DNA of 64,000 nt from Octopus vulgaris (Eukaryota), in assembly GCA_951406725.2 (NCBI GenBank), contig OX597826.1, positions 49,104,001-49,168,000 of the forward strand, written 5' to 3'. The position numbers and the translations under genes were made by a program. The notes beneath the pieces were generated by a model, which saw only the letters and a list, made by a program, of their open reading frames with translations, was not told the origin of the DNA and searched no databases. Shown here piece by piece: positions 26,235 through 41,087 of the stretch (position 1 is its first letter; every line of letters begins with the position of its first letter).

Positions 26235-26622
26235 ACTCTTTTACTCTTTCACTTGTTTCAGTCATTTGACTGTGGCCATGCTGGAGCACCGCCTTTAGTC
26301 GAGCAAATCGACCCCAGGACTTATTCTTTGTAAGCCTAGTACTTATTCTATCAGTCTCTTTTGCCGAAGTGCTAAGTTACAGAGATGTAAGCACACCAGC
26401 ATCGGTTGACAACACAGACACACAAACACACACACATATATATACATATACATATATACGACAGGCTTCTTTCAGTTTCCATCAACCAAATCCACTCACA
26501 AGGCTTTGGTCAGCCTGAGGCTATAGTAGAAGGCACTTGCCCAAGGTGCCATGCAGTGGGACTGAACCCGGAACCATGTGGTTGGTAAGCAAGCTATTTA
26601 CCACACAGCCACTCCTGCACCT
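26235..26622 (-). mobile_element. SINE family A, full length; its head takes part in a fold-back rearrangement
   Basis: Reverse complement of family A. Confidence 0.85.
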
Positions 26623-26873
26623 TAAAATTAAGGATATGGTAAGCAAGCTACTTACCACACAGCCACTCCTGCACCTTAAAATTAAGGATAAAATCTAATA
26701 TAGATTTTATCCTTAATTTTAAGGTGCAGGAGTGGCTGTGTGGTAAGTAGCTTGCTTTAGATTTTATCCTTAATTTTAAGGTGCAGGAGTGGCTGTGTGG
26801 TAAGTAGCTTGCTTACCAACCACATGGTTCCGGGTTCAGTCCCACTGCATGGCACCTTATATTAGATTTTATC
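26543..26873. repeat. Complex ~315-bp palindrome built from direct and inverted copies of a SINE head plus its flank
   Basis: Centre AAAATCTA-ATA-TAGATTTT at about 26699; 26641-26697 is perfectly inverted at 26701-26757 and again, extended, at 26758-26858. Confidence 0.9.
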
Positions 26874-27071
26874 AGGTAGTTAGCATGCAATTAACCAGTT
26901 AAGGTTAAATTAATCAACTTATAATTATATATCAAGGGCAACCAAGTAGGTATACAAGTTGCCATAAGGTAGATTTTAGACATTGGCATCTTTTTCTAGC
27001 ATGCTGGCGACTTGTATAAATACTCGCTTATATGCATATATATATATATAATGAATGTATATATGTATGTA

Positions 27072-27137
<66 letters not shown>

Positions 27138-27908
27138 TATATATGAACATGATGCAGTCCTAAAACCCATCAGATTCAATCAAGCCATCCAATCCATACA
27201 AGCATGGAAGACAGCTGATAAGGATTTCTGTGTGTATTTAGTGACCATACAATTGCCACTAAAAGTGACGAAGGGTGCAAGTCAGTACCACCATTGCTAG
27301 AAATAAGAGTTAAAATAACTCTTAGTCACCAACAGCCGTGCTTTTACACACTTGCATACATAAATGCACACATGCATGTATACATGCATACATACATACA
27401 TACCTATACACACACACACATGTAATTCCTTCAGTGTGGTTTCTTGTTTTATGCAAGAAACCACATCACCTCTTTCCTCCTCCTATCACTCTTTCATTAT
27501 ACATACATATTTATATACATATATATATATATCTTCTTTCCAGTTTCATTGGCTGTTTTTCTTCTTTTTAAAATTTTCTATTATTTTATTTGTCCTTTTT
27601 TTAAAATTTATTTACTATCCTTCTTTATTTATTTATTTATTGATGTCTCACTATCTTTCTTCTCATTTTGATATATTTACCACAAAAAACTATACCACAA
27701 CAACAAAAAACTTAAAAAGTAACAACAAAAAGATGCATGGCGGGATTGCCCCTGTGATATTACCAAACTGCATGCTTTTTTACCCAGACACACACACACA
27801 CACAAGTATGCATTTATGCATACTTACAAGCTTCATGCATATACAAACATACATACATAGAAATAGGTAGCTGGATAGATAGATACATGAACATATAAGT
27901 ATATACTT

Positions 27909-27939
<31 letters not shown>

Positions 27940-29006
27940 TATATACATATATACATAGATAGATAGATAGATACATACATACATACATACATACATACAT
28001 ACATACATACATACATACATACATACATACATACATACATACATACATAGACAGACAGCTAGAGAGACAGACGGACAGACAGCTAGATAGATATATACAT
28101 ACATACATATATAAGTAAACACAGAAAGATGGATAGATACACATACATACATAGACAGATAGATACATAGATAAACACACAGATAGATAGTTAGATAGAC
28201 AGATATAAATTAAATATTGCATTTGATGGCGTAAACGATGCACGGGCATAAAAGACGCACCCTCAATTCAGCAGTGGATATTCAGGACACAAAAAGTTTT
28301 AAGTACCTTTTAGCTTATAGGAGGCCTAACTTCAGTTACAGGACACAGGGTTAGATTTGGAGTTTACTTTTCAAGACACTTCTTTGAAAGAAAACAAAAC
28401 AAATGGTCATTTTATATGCTATGAAATATGGTAAGTACCTGAATAAATGGATGTTATAAACATAGGCAAAAGATGAGGTTCTCAAATAGTTTCCGTTTTC
28501 AGAATTCCATTCACTGGATGCTGGTCAACTCGGGGTTATATAAGAAGGGACTTACTTAAGTGTCATACAGTAGCAGTGAGCATGATATTGCAGGGGTTCA
28601 AAGCTAGCTTCCTAGCTACTCGGCTGATATGCCTTATGCATACATATATACTCATACACACACACACACACACATATATGTATATGTGTGTGTGTATATA
28701 TATATTTCATCATCATTATCATCGTTAAACATCTGCTTTCCATGCTAGCATATATATACAAAACACACACATCTATGTATATATACAACACATGCATATA
28801 TGCATTATATATATATATATATATATATATTAATATGGCCCGTTGTCTCTTTGATGCAAGGAAAGATTTTTCCAGAAATCTTTTCATTATATGAAATTCT
28901 TAGAAATTTGAAAAATGAATGTGAGAATCTAAGATATAAAAAATATGGAATAAAATATAAAAAGTATTAGATCATACATGCGCACACACACATGCATTTA
29001 TGTATA

Positions 29007-29076
<70 letters not shown>

Positions 29077-29109
29077 TATATATATGTGTGTGTGCATACA
29101 TCTGTATGC

Positions 29110-29196
<87 letters not shown>

Positions 29197-29304
29197 GTGT
29201 ATATATATATATCAACATACGTATACTTTGCCACACACACACATCTGCTTATATACATATATGTAAAGTTATATATACATATATATCTATCTATGTACAC
29301 ACAG

Positions 29305-29341
<37 letters not shown>

Positions 29342-30949
29342 CGACAACTTGAATAAAAGTTTCTTTTGAATAATAAATCATCATTCATTTCCCCCTTAAT
29401 AATAACAATATTAATTTAATAACACCACCGACAACGACAACAACAGCAACAACAACAACAACAACAACAACAACGATGATAATAATAATCATATAATGAT
29501 AATAATAATAAGAAGAACGTCAGCTCATACTAGGAAACAAGCGAGAACTCATGGCTGTCAAAGTCTTTTTCTCTGCTAATACCCCCAAAATCCAGGAGAT
29601 ACAGCCATACGCCGCTTCTTCTCTCTCCTCCTCCTAGAACTCCTACTACCTACCTTCCTACCACCACCACTACTGCAACTATTACTCTCACTACAGTGAT
29701 TCTTCTTCTCCTCCTTGTCCTCCTCCTCCTCCTCCTCCTCCTCCTTCCCTTCTCCACTTTCTTCTTATTTTTCTGCTTCTCCGTCTCCATCTTTGTTTTT
29801 TTTTCTTCTTCTTCTTCTTCCTTTTCTTCGTTTTCCTTTATCATTTTCTTTTTTTTTTCTTCTTTTCCTCTTTTCTTTTCTTTTCTTTTCTTTTCTTTCC
29901 TTTCCCCGGCATTATCTTCGTCTTCTCTGTCTCTTTTAGTAATGATGTGCTGTATTCTCTGAAAGTAAGAAAGAAAGAAAGAAAGAAAGAAAGCAAAAAA
30001 AGAAAAAAAAAAAGAGAAAAGATAAAAACAAACAAAAAAAAGACGGTGTAATTTTTTTCTTTTTTTTTTTTGGTTCTTGTTCTTTTCTGATCTGATTTCT
30101 TTTGACACCAAGCTTACTGCGCCAATGTGATACATATTTTTGGGAACTTACCACTTGTAGTAAGCTTTCGGTAACAAAAACAACAAAAAAAAAAACACAA
30201 AACAAAGGAAAAAAAGGAGAGGAAAAAAATATCTTAACTTTCACCTTGGGAGAAAACATACAAAAAACACAAAAAAAAAGCAAGAAATCATATAGATATA
30301 CATCATATATATACCTATATACATATATATATACACATATATATATATAAACATATATAAACATATATATATATATTTATATGTATATATAAATATATAT
30401 ATATATTTAAATATATATATAAATTTATATATATATATGTATGTATATATATATTATATATACATGTATATGTATATCTATATCTATATAAGCACGCATA
30501 TATATAAAACAAGAGTGGTATGTATCTTTTACTAATTTTGAAATATTAGTATATATTGTATACTTAGCATATGCATATATATGTATATATAAATACACGT
30601 ATATATGTGTATATATATATATATATATATTATGTATATATTGGTTTTTATTTTATTTTATGGTTATTCTGAATGTTATTGTCAATATTGTTTTGTTAAT
30701 TTTCTGGGGGGGGTTTTGTGGTATTTTTTATATATAATTTTTTCTTTTTTGTTTCGGTGGATTAAGAGATCGAATATGTATTTTGTCACACGAATTAGTA
30801 AGAATTAAACTAAACGAAAAAAAATCAATATTAGCGTGTGTGTGTTTGTGTGTGTGTGTACACGTATGCATATATGTATATATGTGTATGTATGTATATA
30901 TATATATATATATATATATGCTGAAGTTAAGAACTATGAGTTTGTCATT

Positions 30950-31210
30950 ATTGTAATTATGATGATGACGATGATGATGATGATGATGACAGTGATAACG
31001 AAGACAACGATGATGATGATAGTGATGATGACAACGACGATGATGATGATGATTATGATGATGACGATGATGATTACAACAACAATTATGATGACAGTGA
31101 TAGTACTGACAACAAAGACAGTGGTGATGACGATAATGGCAATGATGATGAAAGAGATGTTGATCATGATGATGATGACGATGATGATGGCGACGATGAT
31201 GGTGATGTTC
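30950..31210. repeat. Degenerate (ATG)n trinucleotide tract
   Basis: Read directly. Confidence 0.9.
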
Positions 31211-31454
31211 ATAAAAATAAGGACTGCTTCTAAATGAGACAGAATCACTGTTTCATTAGCGAGAAATAAGAAATAAAGTCAGTTGAGGCAACCTAAGTAT
31301 GTTACTGGTACCTCCCTAATCCCTGTTCGCACATGAAACACCAAGCACAACAAACTATAGCTATAAAGTAATAATAATAATAATGATAATAGTAATAATA
31401 GTAATAATAATAATGATGATGATGATGATAATAATAATAATAATAATAATCATA

Positions 31455-32345
31455 GGGAGGGAGGGGCTCAGTCAATATCATCGACACCAGTACTTTACTG
31501 GTACTTTATTTTAACATCACCCAGAGGGAGGAAAGGCGAATTTTAACTCAGTAGTATTTGAACACAGTATGTAAAGTGCTGGAAGAAGTAGCACACGGCA
31601 TTCCCCCACCACCACCACCTCCACCTTCGCAACATTCTAATAATTCTTCCAATCCACCACCCTGCTATTTCTATTATTAATAATAATAATAATAATAATC
31701 CTTTCTACTAAAGGCACAAGGTCTGAAATTTGGTAGGGGAGGACTAGTCGATTACATCGACCCCTGTGTTTCATTAGTACTTAATTTACAAACCCCGAAA
31801 GGATGAACAACAAAATTGACCTCATCGGTATTTGAACTCAGAATGTTAAGATGGACAAAATGCCGCTAAAAATTTTGGATGGCGTGTTCACAATTCTGCC
31901 AAATAATAATAATATTTTTTTCTACTATAGGTGCAAGGCCTGACATTTTGGGGGAGATTACATTAATCCCAGTGCTCAACTGGTACTCATTTTGTCCTCC
32001 CTGAAAGGGTAAAAGGCAAAGTCCACCTCGGCGGAATTTGAACCCAGAATGCAAACATGAACGAAACGTTGCTAAGCATTTTGTCAAGGATGCTAAGAAT
32101 TCTGCCAAGCTTGCTGTCTTAATAATCTTTTCTACTATAGTCACAAGGCCCTAAATTTGGGTGATGGTGTGGTTAGTTGGTTACATTGACCCCTGTGCTT
32201 GACTGGAATTTAATTTATCGACCCCCCAAAAGGACGAAAGGCAAAGTCAACCATGATGGGATTTGAACTCAGAACACAAGGACAGATGAAATATCACTTA
32301 AATATTTTACCCTGTATAGCAATGATTCCTGCCAGCTAGTCCCCT
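31455..32345 (-). mobile_element. Head-to-tail cluster of four or more older family B SINEs
   Basis: Reverse-complemented cores ...GAAAGGCAAAGTC.ACCTC.GC.G.ATTTGAAC.CAGAA at about 31540, 31810, 32020 and 32245, separated by (AAT)n tails. Confidence 0.75.
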
Positions 32346-33263
32346 CACTCAGCACCTTAATAACGATGATACAAATAATGAGGATTGTTAACGTAGGCAC
32401 GAGGGTACTATTATTTTTATGGTGGGGTGGATGAGCAAAGTTATAGCCAATTTTATCAGGCAAGATCTCTCTTCCACAACTGCCAATTATGCAGGGTACC
32501 TAATTTTACTAACACTTGTAAAAGCAAAGTTGAGGTCACTGACATTTGAACTCAGAACAAAATGTACCTCAAACTAATACTGTAAATAATCTCTCACAGA
32601 AACACCATCACCACCACCATTACCAACAACAACAACAACAACAATAATTTCAAAATATACATACATGTTTCTTAGTAAGTTAGTTTAGCCATAGGCCAAC
32701 AGTTATTAAGCACTTCAATTGTAAAAAAAAACTGCTCCAGCTATGACCATCCCGTCTGTGTTTCATTCAGAAACAGTATTTGTATTTAGGACTAAATCAT
32801 TCGATATGAACTTCTCTCCAGCGAGATGTGATATAACGGAGATTAGACTTGGCTGCTATTTTTAGCAGCCCAACAGACCACTTACAGGCATCTTTATCGG
32901 AACTTGGTTTATATATAAACCAGTTTCTGTCAATAACTTCAAAGACCAAAACTTTTTTTTCCTTCTTTTTTGATTTTAATGAGTAAAAGTAGAATATGTA
33001 ATGTTGGGGGCTTTCATTACTTTCATTTCGCTTGTTTTCATCTTCTTTGTAGTGTAAAACAAAAAAATTTGAGAATAAATTAAAAATTTACAGTTTTCAA
33101 TAATACTTTTTTGAATACTTTCTCACAACATTCTCTTCTCCCCCCACAAACCCAACACCATTCACATTTATGTCCGCACTCAAAGCACCCAGTATACCAT
33201 ATATAGCTGTGTTTTGATGACGATGATAATAATAATAATTATTAGAATTATTATTATTATTAC

Positions 33264-33299
<36 letters not shown>

Positions 33300-33696
33300 T
33301 TTTTTTTTTCCTCTTTCAAATTTGCTTCCATTTCTTGCCGAGTGTCTTCCCGACTCCTAGAGCATTATCATTATTATTATTATTATTATCATTATTATTA
33401 TTATTATTATTATAATTATTATTATTATTATTTTTATTGTTGTTGTTGTTATCATTATTATTATTATTAAGGCAGTGCGCTGGCAGAATCATTAGGAAAA
33501 TACTTAGTGACAGTTCATCCGTCTTTACTGTGTGAGTTCAAATCCCACTCAGATTGACTATGCCTTTCATCCCTTTCTGGGGCCGATGAAATAAGTACCA
33601 GTCAAGGGCTAGGATTAATTTAATCAACTCTCTCCCTTCCCACAAATCTCAGGTCCTGTACCTAAAGTAGAAAGGACTCATCTTCTTCTTCTTCTT

Positions 33697-33732
<36 letters not shown>

Positions 33733-33945
33733 GTCGTTGTTGTTGTTGTTGCTGTTGTTAGTCCTAAGTCAATAACTTCTTATTGATGTTCATTAAAGAT
33801 AGAGAAATTTTGGGGGAAATGTCTTTTAGTTTGATTAAAATTTTGGTTACAAATTTTACAAAAAAAATTTGTGTCTAGATGTATTTAATGTGTGTGTCAG
33901 CATGCATGTATATATTCTTTTACTTGTTTCAGTCATTTCACTGTG

Positions 33946-33983
<38 letters not shown>

Positions 33984-35159
33984 TATCCATAAATATATAT
34001 ATACATATATACATACATGAATACATATATATATAAATATACGTATACATATTTATAGATATTTATATATATATACATATATATATATATATAATATATT
34101 TATATATATATATACATACATATGTGTGTGTATATATATGTATGTGTGTGTATACATATATATATATATATACATACATATATATGTGTGTATATATATA
34201 TGTGTGTGTGTATATGTATATATATATATGTGTGTGTGTGTGTGTCTGTGTCTGTGTATATGTATATATGTGTATATATAATATATAATATATATATATA
34301 CATGTACTTGTATATATATACACATTTATATACATAGATATATATGTATATATATATATATATATATATGTATATACATATATATATATATAATATATAC
34401 CAATCTACACATGTACATATATACTCATATGCACACACAATATATCTATCTATTTATCTATCATATATGTATATATTTGTGTGCATGCCTGTATGTATAA
34501 ATATATATCTATATATGTATGTGTGTAGATAGAAATGTATATATATATAAATATGCATATATAAATATCCCAAATTTTGGTCTAAATATCCTGGTGAATC
34601 CAAGGCTACTTGTACAAAAGGTACGTCCACAGTGCCTCATAGTGGGGTTGAAATTAAGATCTTGCTCACACTGTGTTCCAAAGCAACTGCTTAACCCACA
34701 CAGCCATGCCTGCATTGATATATTATACACACACATAAATACACATATATATACAAGCATATATGCATACATAGAAACACACACATGTAGCTTAGTGCTT
34801 AGGGTGTTGGACTTACAATGACATGCTCATGGGTTCAATTCCTGAGCTAGATAGTTTTGTGTTTGTGCAAGACTCTTCATTTCACATTGGTCCAGTCTAC
34901 TTAGCTGTAAATGGGTTCCAGCGTTGTGCTGGTGGTGTTCTTTTTTTTTTTTTTATTTGTTTCTTTTCGTCTCCCCGCTCTCTTTATCTTCGGTTGCCAT
35001 ATCCTTAAAGTTCTGTTGCGTCAAGGGTGGGAGAGCCAAAAGGATATCTATGTCTGCTTGTGACTTAACTGATACCTCAAAACTCTCAGCAAAAGCAGGA
35101 GACAAGCTGCCAGGCCATACTCATTTGCAAGTGACAGCTATTCACACACACACAAACAC

Positions 35160-35194
<35 letters not shown>

Positions 35195-35223
35195 CACACA
35201 CGCATACACACACTCATGCACAT

Positions 35224-35268
<45 letters not shown>

Positions 35269-35557
35269 AGATATGAAAGTATGACTTCAGATACATGCTT
35301 AAATGTTACCATTTCCTATCTATAATTTATAATTCATCATTAATCAACTAGATATAATCCGAGTACAAAACTGTATCAGCTGTACTCTTTATCCTGACTT
35401 AAGAACCTTGCTCATATGACTAAACATACATATATATTATATTCATATATATGTATATAACATACACACACACACATATATATATACACACATATGTATA
35501 CACACATATATGCATATATATATATGTGTGTGTGTGTGTACATATATATATATGCAT

Positions 35558-35615
<58 letters not shown>

Positions 35616-35631
35616 CTATACATATATATAC

Positions 35632-35682
<51 letters not shown>

Positions 35683-35708
35683 CATATATACATACATACA
35701 TACATACA

Positions 35709-35739
<31 letters not shown>

Positions 35740-36544
35740 TTAACATTAAACTGAAAGACTGTATGCATTAAATTTATATCTAAATTTTCGCACATATGTT
35801 TTATCTTCTTGAAATCTCTGTCCTTTTTTTTACGGTAGACACATATATCATTGAGGCTTAAAGTAGATACAGTTAAAAAGTATAAAGTGTATTACATGTA
35901 ATACTGAATAAAAGAAAAAAGCCTTGAATGGCAGCAAAAAAAAAAAGGGACCGAAAAGCTACTTGTGAGACCCGAACCTTCATCAATTGTTCCTTAAGTA
36001 ATCTTTGACATTTTTCCCATTCATGTGGTTTTGGGTTTTTTTTTTTTAAATTCAGCATATCACATTATTATTAAATCTGTATCCAAGGCTGACGTTGCCT
36101 TTCATCTTTTCGGGATTGATAAAAAGTACCAGCTGGGTACTGGGGGTCTATGTAATTGACTTCCCCCTTCCCCCAGATTTCAGACCTTGTGCCTCTGGTA
36201 GAAAGGATTAAATCTATATCCACTTAAATCGATTTATTCTGTATACATACATATATAAATTGTTGGTAAATCATAAGTCTGTATGTATATATAGACATAT
36301 ATATATGCATATATGTATGTATGTATGTATATATGTATGTATGTATGTATGTATGTAAGTATGTATGTATGTATGTATGTATGATATAGTGACAGAGGCT
36401 ATAAGGCTTTCCTGTATATCATATATATCCATAAATATATATATACATATATACATACATGAATACATATATATATAAATATATGTATACATATTTATAT
36501 ATATATATATTCATGTATGTATATATGTATATATATATTTATGG

Positions 36545-36585
<41 letters not shown>

Positions 36586-36947
36586 CTGAATGTCTGATGA
36601 GGGGGCACATTGCTCTAGTTAACTATGGATAAATTTATACACCCCCTTGTGTAAATTATTACATTTAATCATCTATATGTAATGTGTTTTGAAGGAAGGG
36701 AAAACATACTGAAACAATTGTAAACTGTATTAAGGTTGTGCTATATTGATATCTTCATTTTCTTCTTGTGTCTAGGGAGGGTCATTGTGGCAATATTTTT
36801 AACACACACACTGGTTCGATTCCGCTCCTTAATTATTAGTCAACTGGTTAAATATCCATCTTCTTCCTTTGTCTTTTACATTATGCATACACACATACAT
36901 ACATATGTACATGCACACATACATACATACATACATACATACATACA

Positions 36948-37055
<108 letters not shown>

Positions 37056-37841
37056 AGTCAAAGTTATTTTATTCCACTTAGGTAGAAATATGGAAAGATG
37101 TTGAAAATGCATTGGGATTCGTTTAAATGTTTTTCATCCTTAAAGGCTAAGTCTTTACAATTAAAAATGTCTAAGCAAATCCCACTGCCTTTTCAACTTC
37201 TTTTACACACTCACACACACATGCACACATGTGCACACACACACACACACCATACATGTGTATGTTTGTGTGTGTGTGTCTCTGTATATATGTATATATC
37301 CGTCTATGTTTCTTGATGTATATACACTGTTTCTAGGCCAGTTACTACAGTAGTTCTCCTGAGATAACATCTGATGGACAGGACATGGTGTTGTTAAAAG
37401 CAAAATAAATATCAGACCCAAAAGTTTATCTCAGCAGTGGCCATTCAGAAGAACCAGATTCAATTTGGCCTTTTGGGATCTTTTTAGTCATGTGTACTCG
37501 CAGACAGCCACATTCTTGGACAAAACTCTGTTTGGTACCATCAGTCAGGGTATTAACACATTACATAATATGAACGGTGTGTCACCTAGGTAGGGCCGAA
37601 ATACAAGGTGTGTTTGTTTCCTGTAAAATCCCCAACATCCATTGATTTATATGACGTATGAGGGATGACGTGTTGTGCGAAAGATGGTATCGTTGATAAA
37701 CCTTTAGAGATACACTGGGGTGTATAACGTCTCTTAGTTCTATATCTTACTCATGTATGCGTGCGAGCATATAGAATATGATATTGGGTAGTAAATAGTG
37801 AAAGAATACTGAAACATTATGCATGTGGTGTGTGTATCTGT

Positions 37842-37872
<31 letters not shown>

Positions 37873-37960
37873 AGTACATACTTATATACATATATCTATA
37901 TAAACGTACTTATAGATACATGTATTGATACATATGGGCATATATACACATATGTGTGTA

Positions 37961-38035
<75 letters not shown>

Positions 38036-38152
38036 ATGTATATGTATATACATTTATATATATACACATACATGTGTTTATGAGTATCTATATATATATA
38101 TTTGTAGATATATATTTATATATCTAGACATATGTATTAATATATATGTGTG

Positions 38153-38205
<53 letters not shown>

Positions 38206-39177
38206 GTATGTATTTACATAAGTATATATAACACACACAAATACACATACACACACACATATGTATGTATGTATATACACTTAAATACACATGTATTTAC
38301 AACCATGTGTGTATGTGAATATACACGTATTTGCACACATTGATGTTTGAAAATACTCATACATGCACATAATTTCCTGTACTAGCAAAAAACAGCAGAT
38401 GTAAAACAACAACGATGATGATGATGATGAGGATGGTGATTTTAAATAGTTTGGCATGCAAGAGACAGGCTTCAACCATAATATTTCCTTGACTTAGGTT
38501 CCGAAACCCTCATAAATCAAACTCACTTTATTGACCCAACAAAATTCAGCACACAAAATATAATTTTAGCAACATACTTATCTGCGTCTCATAAAGATTG
38601 AAACCCTATCCCAAACTCTCTCCTCTGCTCTATACATGTATCTAGCCATGTTCTGCCTACCACAAGGATGTATTTTCTAAAATCCACCAACAGGAAATGT
38701 GACAAATTATTAAAAGAAAAAACATGCTATTTATTTTGTCCATATTTGTCATCTTACCCATGTCTTGTTATTGTTGTTGTTGTTATTGCATAACCTCAGG
38801 ATAGTATAGGTTAAGCTGTGCTATAATCAAATGCGCTCCAGTTATGACCATCCTGTCTTTCGTTTGTTTTTTCAAGCAGAGTAGATTATGATATGAGAGA
38901 AAGAGAGACACAGATTAGGGAGAAATGATATTTTTGCTGCTATTTCTAGCCGGTCGATCGACCAGGTAGAGATTCCATGATCGACTCTGATGATGAAACT
39001 GTGAGATACAATGCAAGAAAAAAAACACAGAACAGTAAATATATAGATGTACCAGTAATATGACAGGGTTTGGGAATCTAATCCTTGCAGACTCTGTGTG
39101 TATGTGTATGTGTATGCACAGATACATATATGTATATATAAATATATATATGTGTGTGCATGTGTGTGTATACACAG

Positions 39178-39227
<50 letters not shown>

Positions 39228-39343
39228 ATACACACACATATGTATATATATATATATATATTTATAAATTAAAATATATTTATATATATTTATATATTAA
39301 CATATTTATATATATACATATATATATGTGTGTGTGTGTATAT

Positions 39344-39374
<31 letters not shown>

Positions 39375-39435
39375 ATACTATTCCACAGCCATATCAACAG
39401 TCTAATAATACTCTTCCACATATACAAAAACAGCC

Positions 39436-39469
<34 letters not shown>

Positions 39470-40409
39470 GTGGGGGGGTATGTAAACAAATAGATATATA
39501 TATATATATATATATGTGTCAGTATATATACACACTTGCATAATACTTAGAAAGTACGAAGTACAACTTTATAAAAAGTGTTTTTGTTGTTTTTTTTATT
39601 CAATCTGTTTGTAACTTTTTTAATAAATTTTATATTTTTTTTATTTCTGTTTTACTTCTCCATCATACAGTCACTTCACTCGATGTCCCTCTATTCCTCT
39701 CTCACTCTCTCTCTCTCTCTCTAAAATTTCTTCTAAATATTTTGGCAAAAACTAAAGTTGACCCAAGAAAAGCAAAAACAATATCCTTTATGGCTATTTT
39801 CCATTCCTTATTCCATTGTCTTACAGTTGTTTCTTCCTCAAAGTTATGTTCAAGCATGCACACATATCCACAGTCACAGAGAAAGTTACAGATACATACA
39901 CATACGTCTATGGCGCGTAAGAGATAAGTTTACTTAAACACACAGACAAACACACACATATGATAGGATTATATATCATATATATTTTATATATGAGTGT
40001 GTATGTGTGTATGTGTTTGTCTGTCTGTGTGAGTACACTCACACACACACACACACACATACACACATGCACATATATATATGTATCTATATGTGTGTGT
40101 GATATGTAATAGATATATATGTATATATGTGCATATATATATATACATATATATATGTATATATGTATGTATGTATACAATATACATATTATAAATATAT
40201 ATGTATGCAATACATATATATATATGTATTATATATATATGTATACAATATATATATTATATACAAAATATACATGTGTGTCTCTGTGCATGTATATATT
40301 CATGTGTGTGTAAATGAAAGCATCAGCATACAGGGCTGATAAATGGGAGTCATCAGTAGCCAACCAAATTTCATCACAATCTTGACACCTTTTTTCATAA
40401 AGTGTGTGC

Positions 40410-40452
<43 letters not shown>

Positions 40453-40592
40453 CACACAATAAGAAAGATGGGTGGATGGATGGGTTAATAGATGGGTGGA
40501 TGGACAGACTGACAGATAAATAAACTTCTATGTCCATATCTAATGTTAAATTAAGGCTATTATTTCAAACATCTATTGATGGGGTAACTCAA

Positions 40593-40789
40593 TCCTTTGG
40601 CATTCAGATTATTCTGTCAAATGTAAAGCTTGTTTATTCATATTGTTTTGAATCAATCAGGTATTATCTCATAGATTCCAGGATTCAATAGTCGAATGGC
40701 ATTGTAGGTTAGGTGAGAGAGGTCAGACTAAACCGATTTGAACGTAAAACATATTTCAGCTGGATATGACTAGTTTCAATGCTAAATGG
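40593..40789. mobile_element. piggyBac-like MITE, diverged
   Basis: Ends (TCAA)TCCTTTGGCATT and AATGCTAAATGG(TTAA): imperfect TIRs with a TTAA-type flank. Confidence 0.55.
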
Positions 40790-41030
40790 TTAATACTGAA
40801 AGTAGAATGAACTTTATTGTGAAGTTCAAGTTTACTTGGACTTCAAGGCACATTGGCTGGCTTATTCAACGAGCCTTGAATAGGCAGTGAGGTGGAACCT
40901 TAAGTCCTAATCAAGGCCAAGATTTTAATACACACACACACACTTGTACACATGCACTCACATCTATACATACTCATATTCCTGTGTTTTTATGTCCGTG
41001 TGTACTTTAGGTTTGTGAATACATATGTGC

Positions 41031-41087
<57 letters not shown>

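Noticed and set aside
30836-31237. Met-rich ORF superficially like reflectin
   Set aside because: Degenerate (ATG)n tract with none of the reflectin M/FD(X)5MD(X)5MD motifs or Tyr/Arg content.
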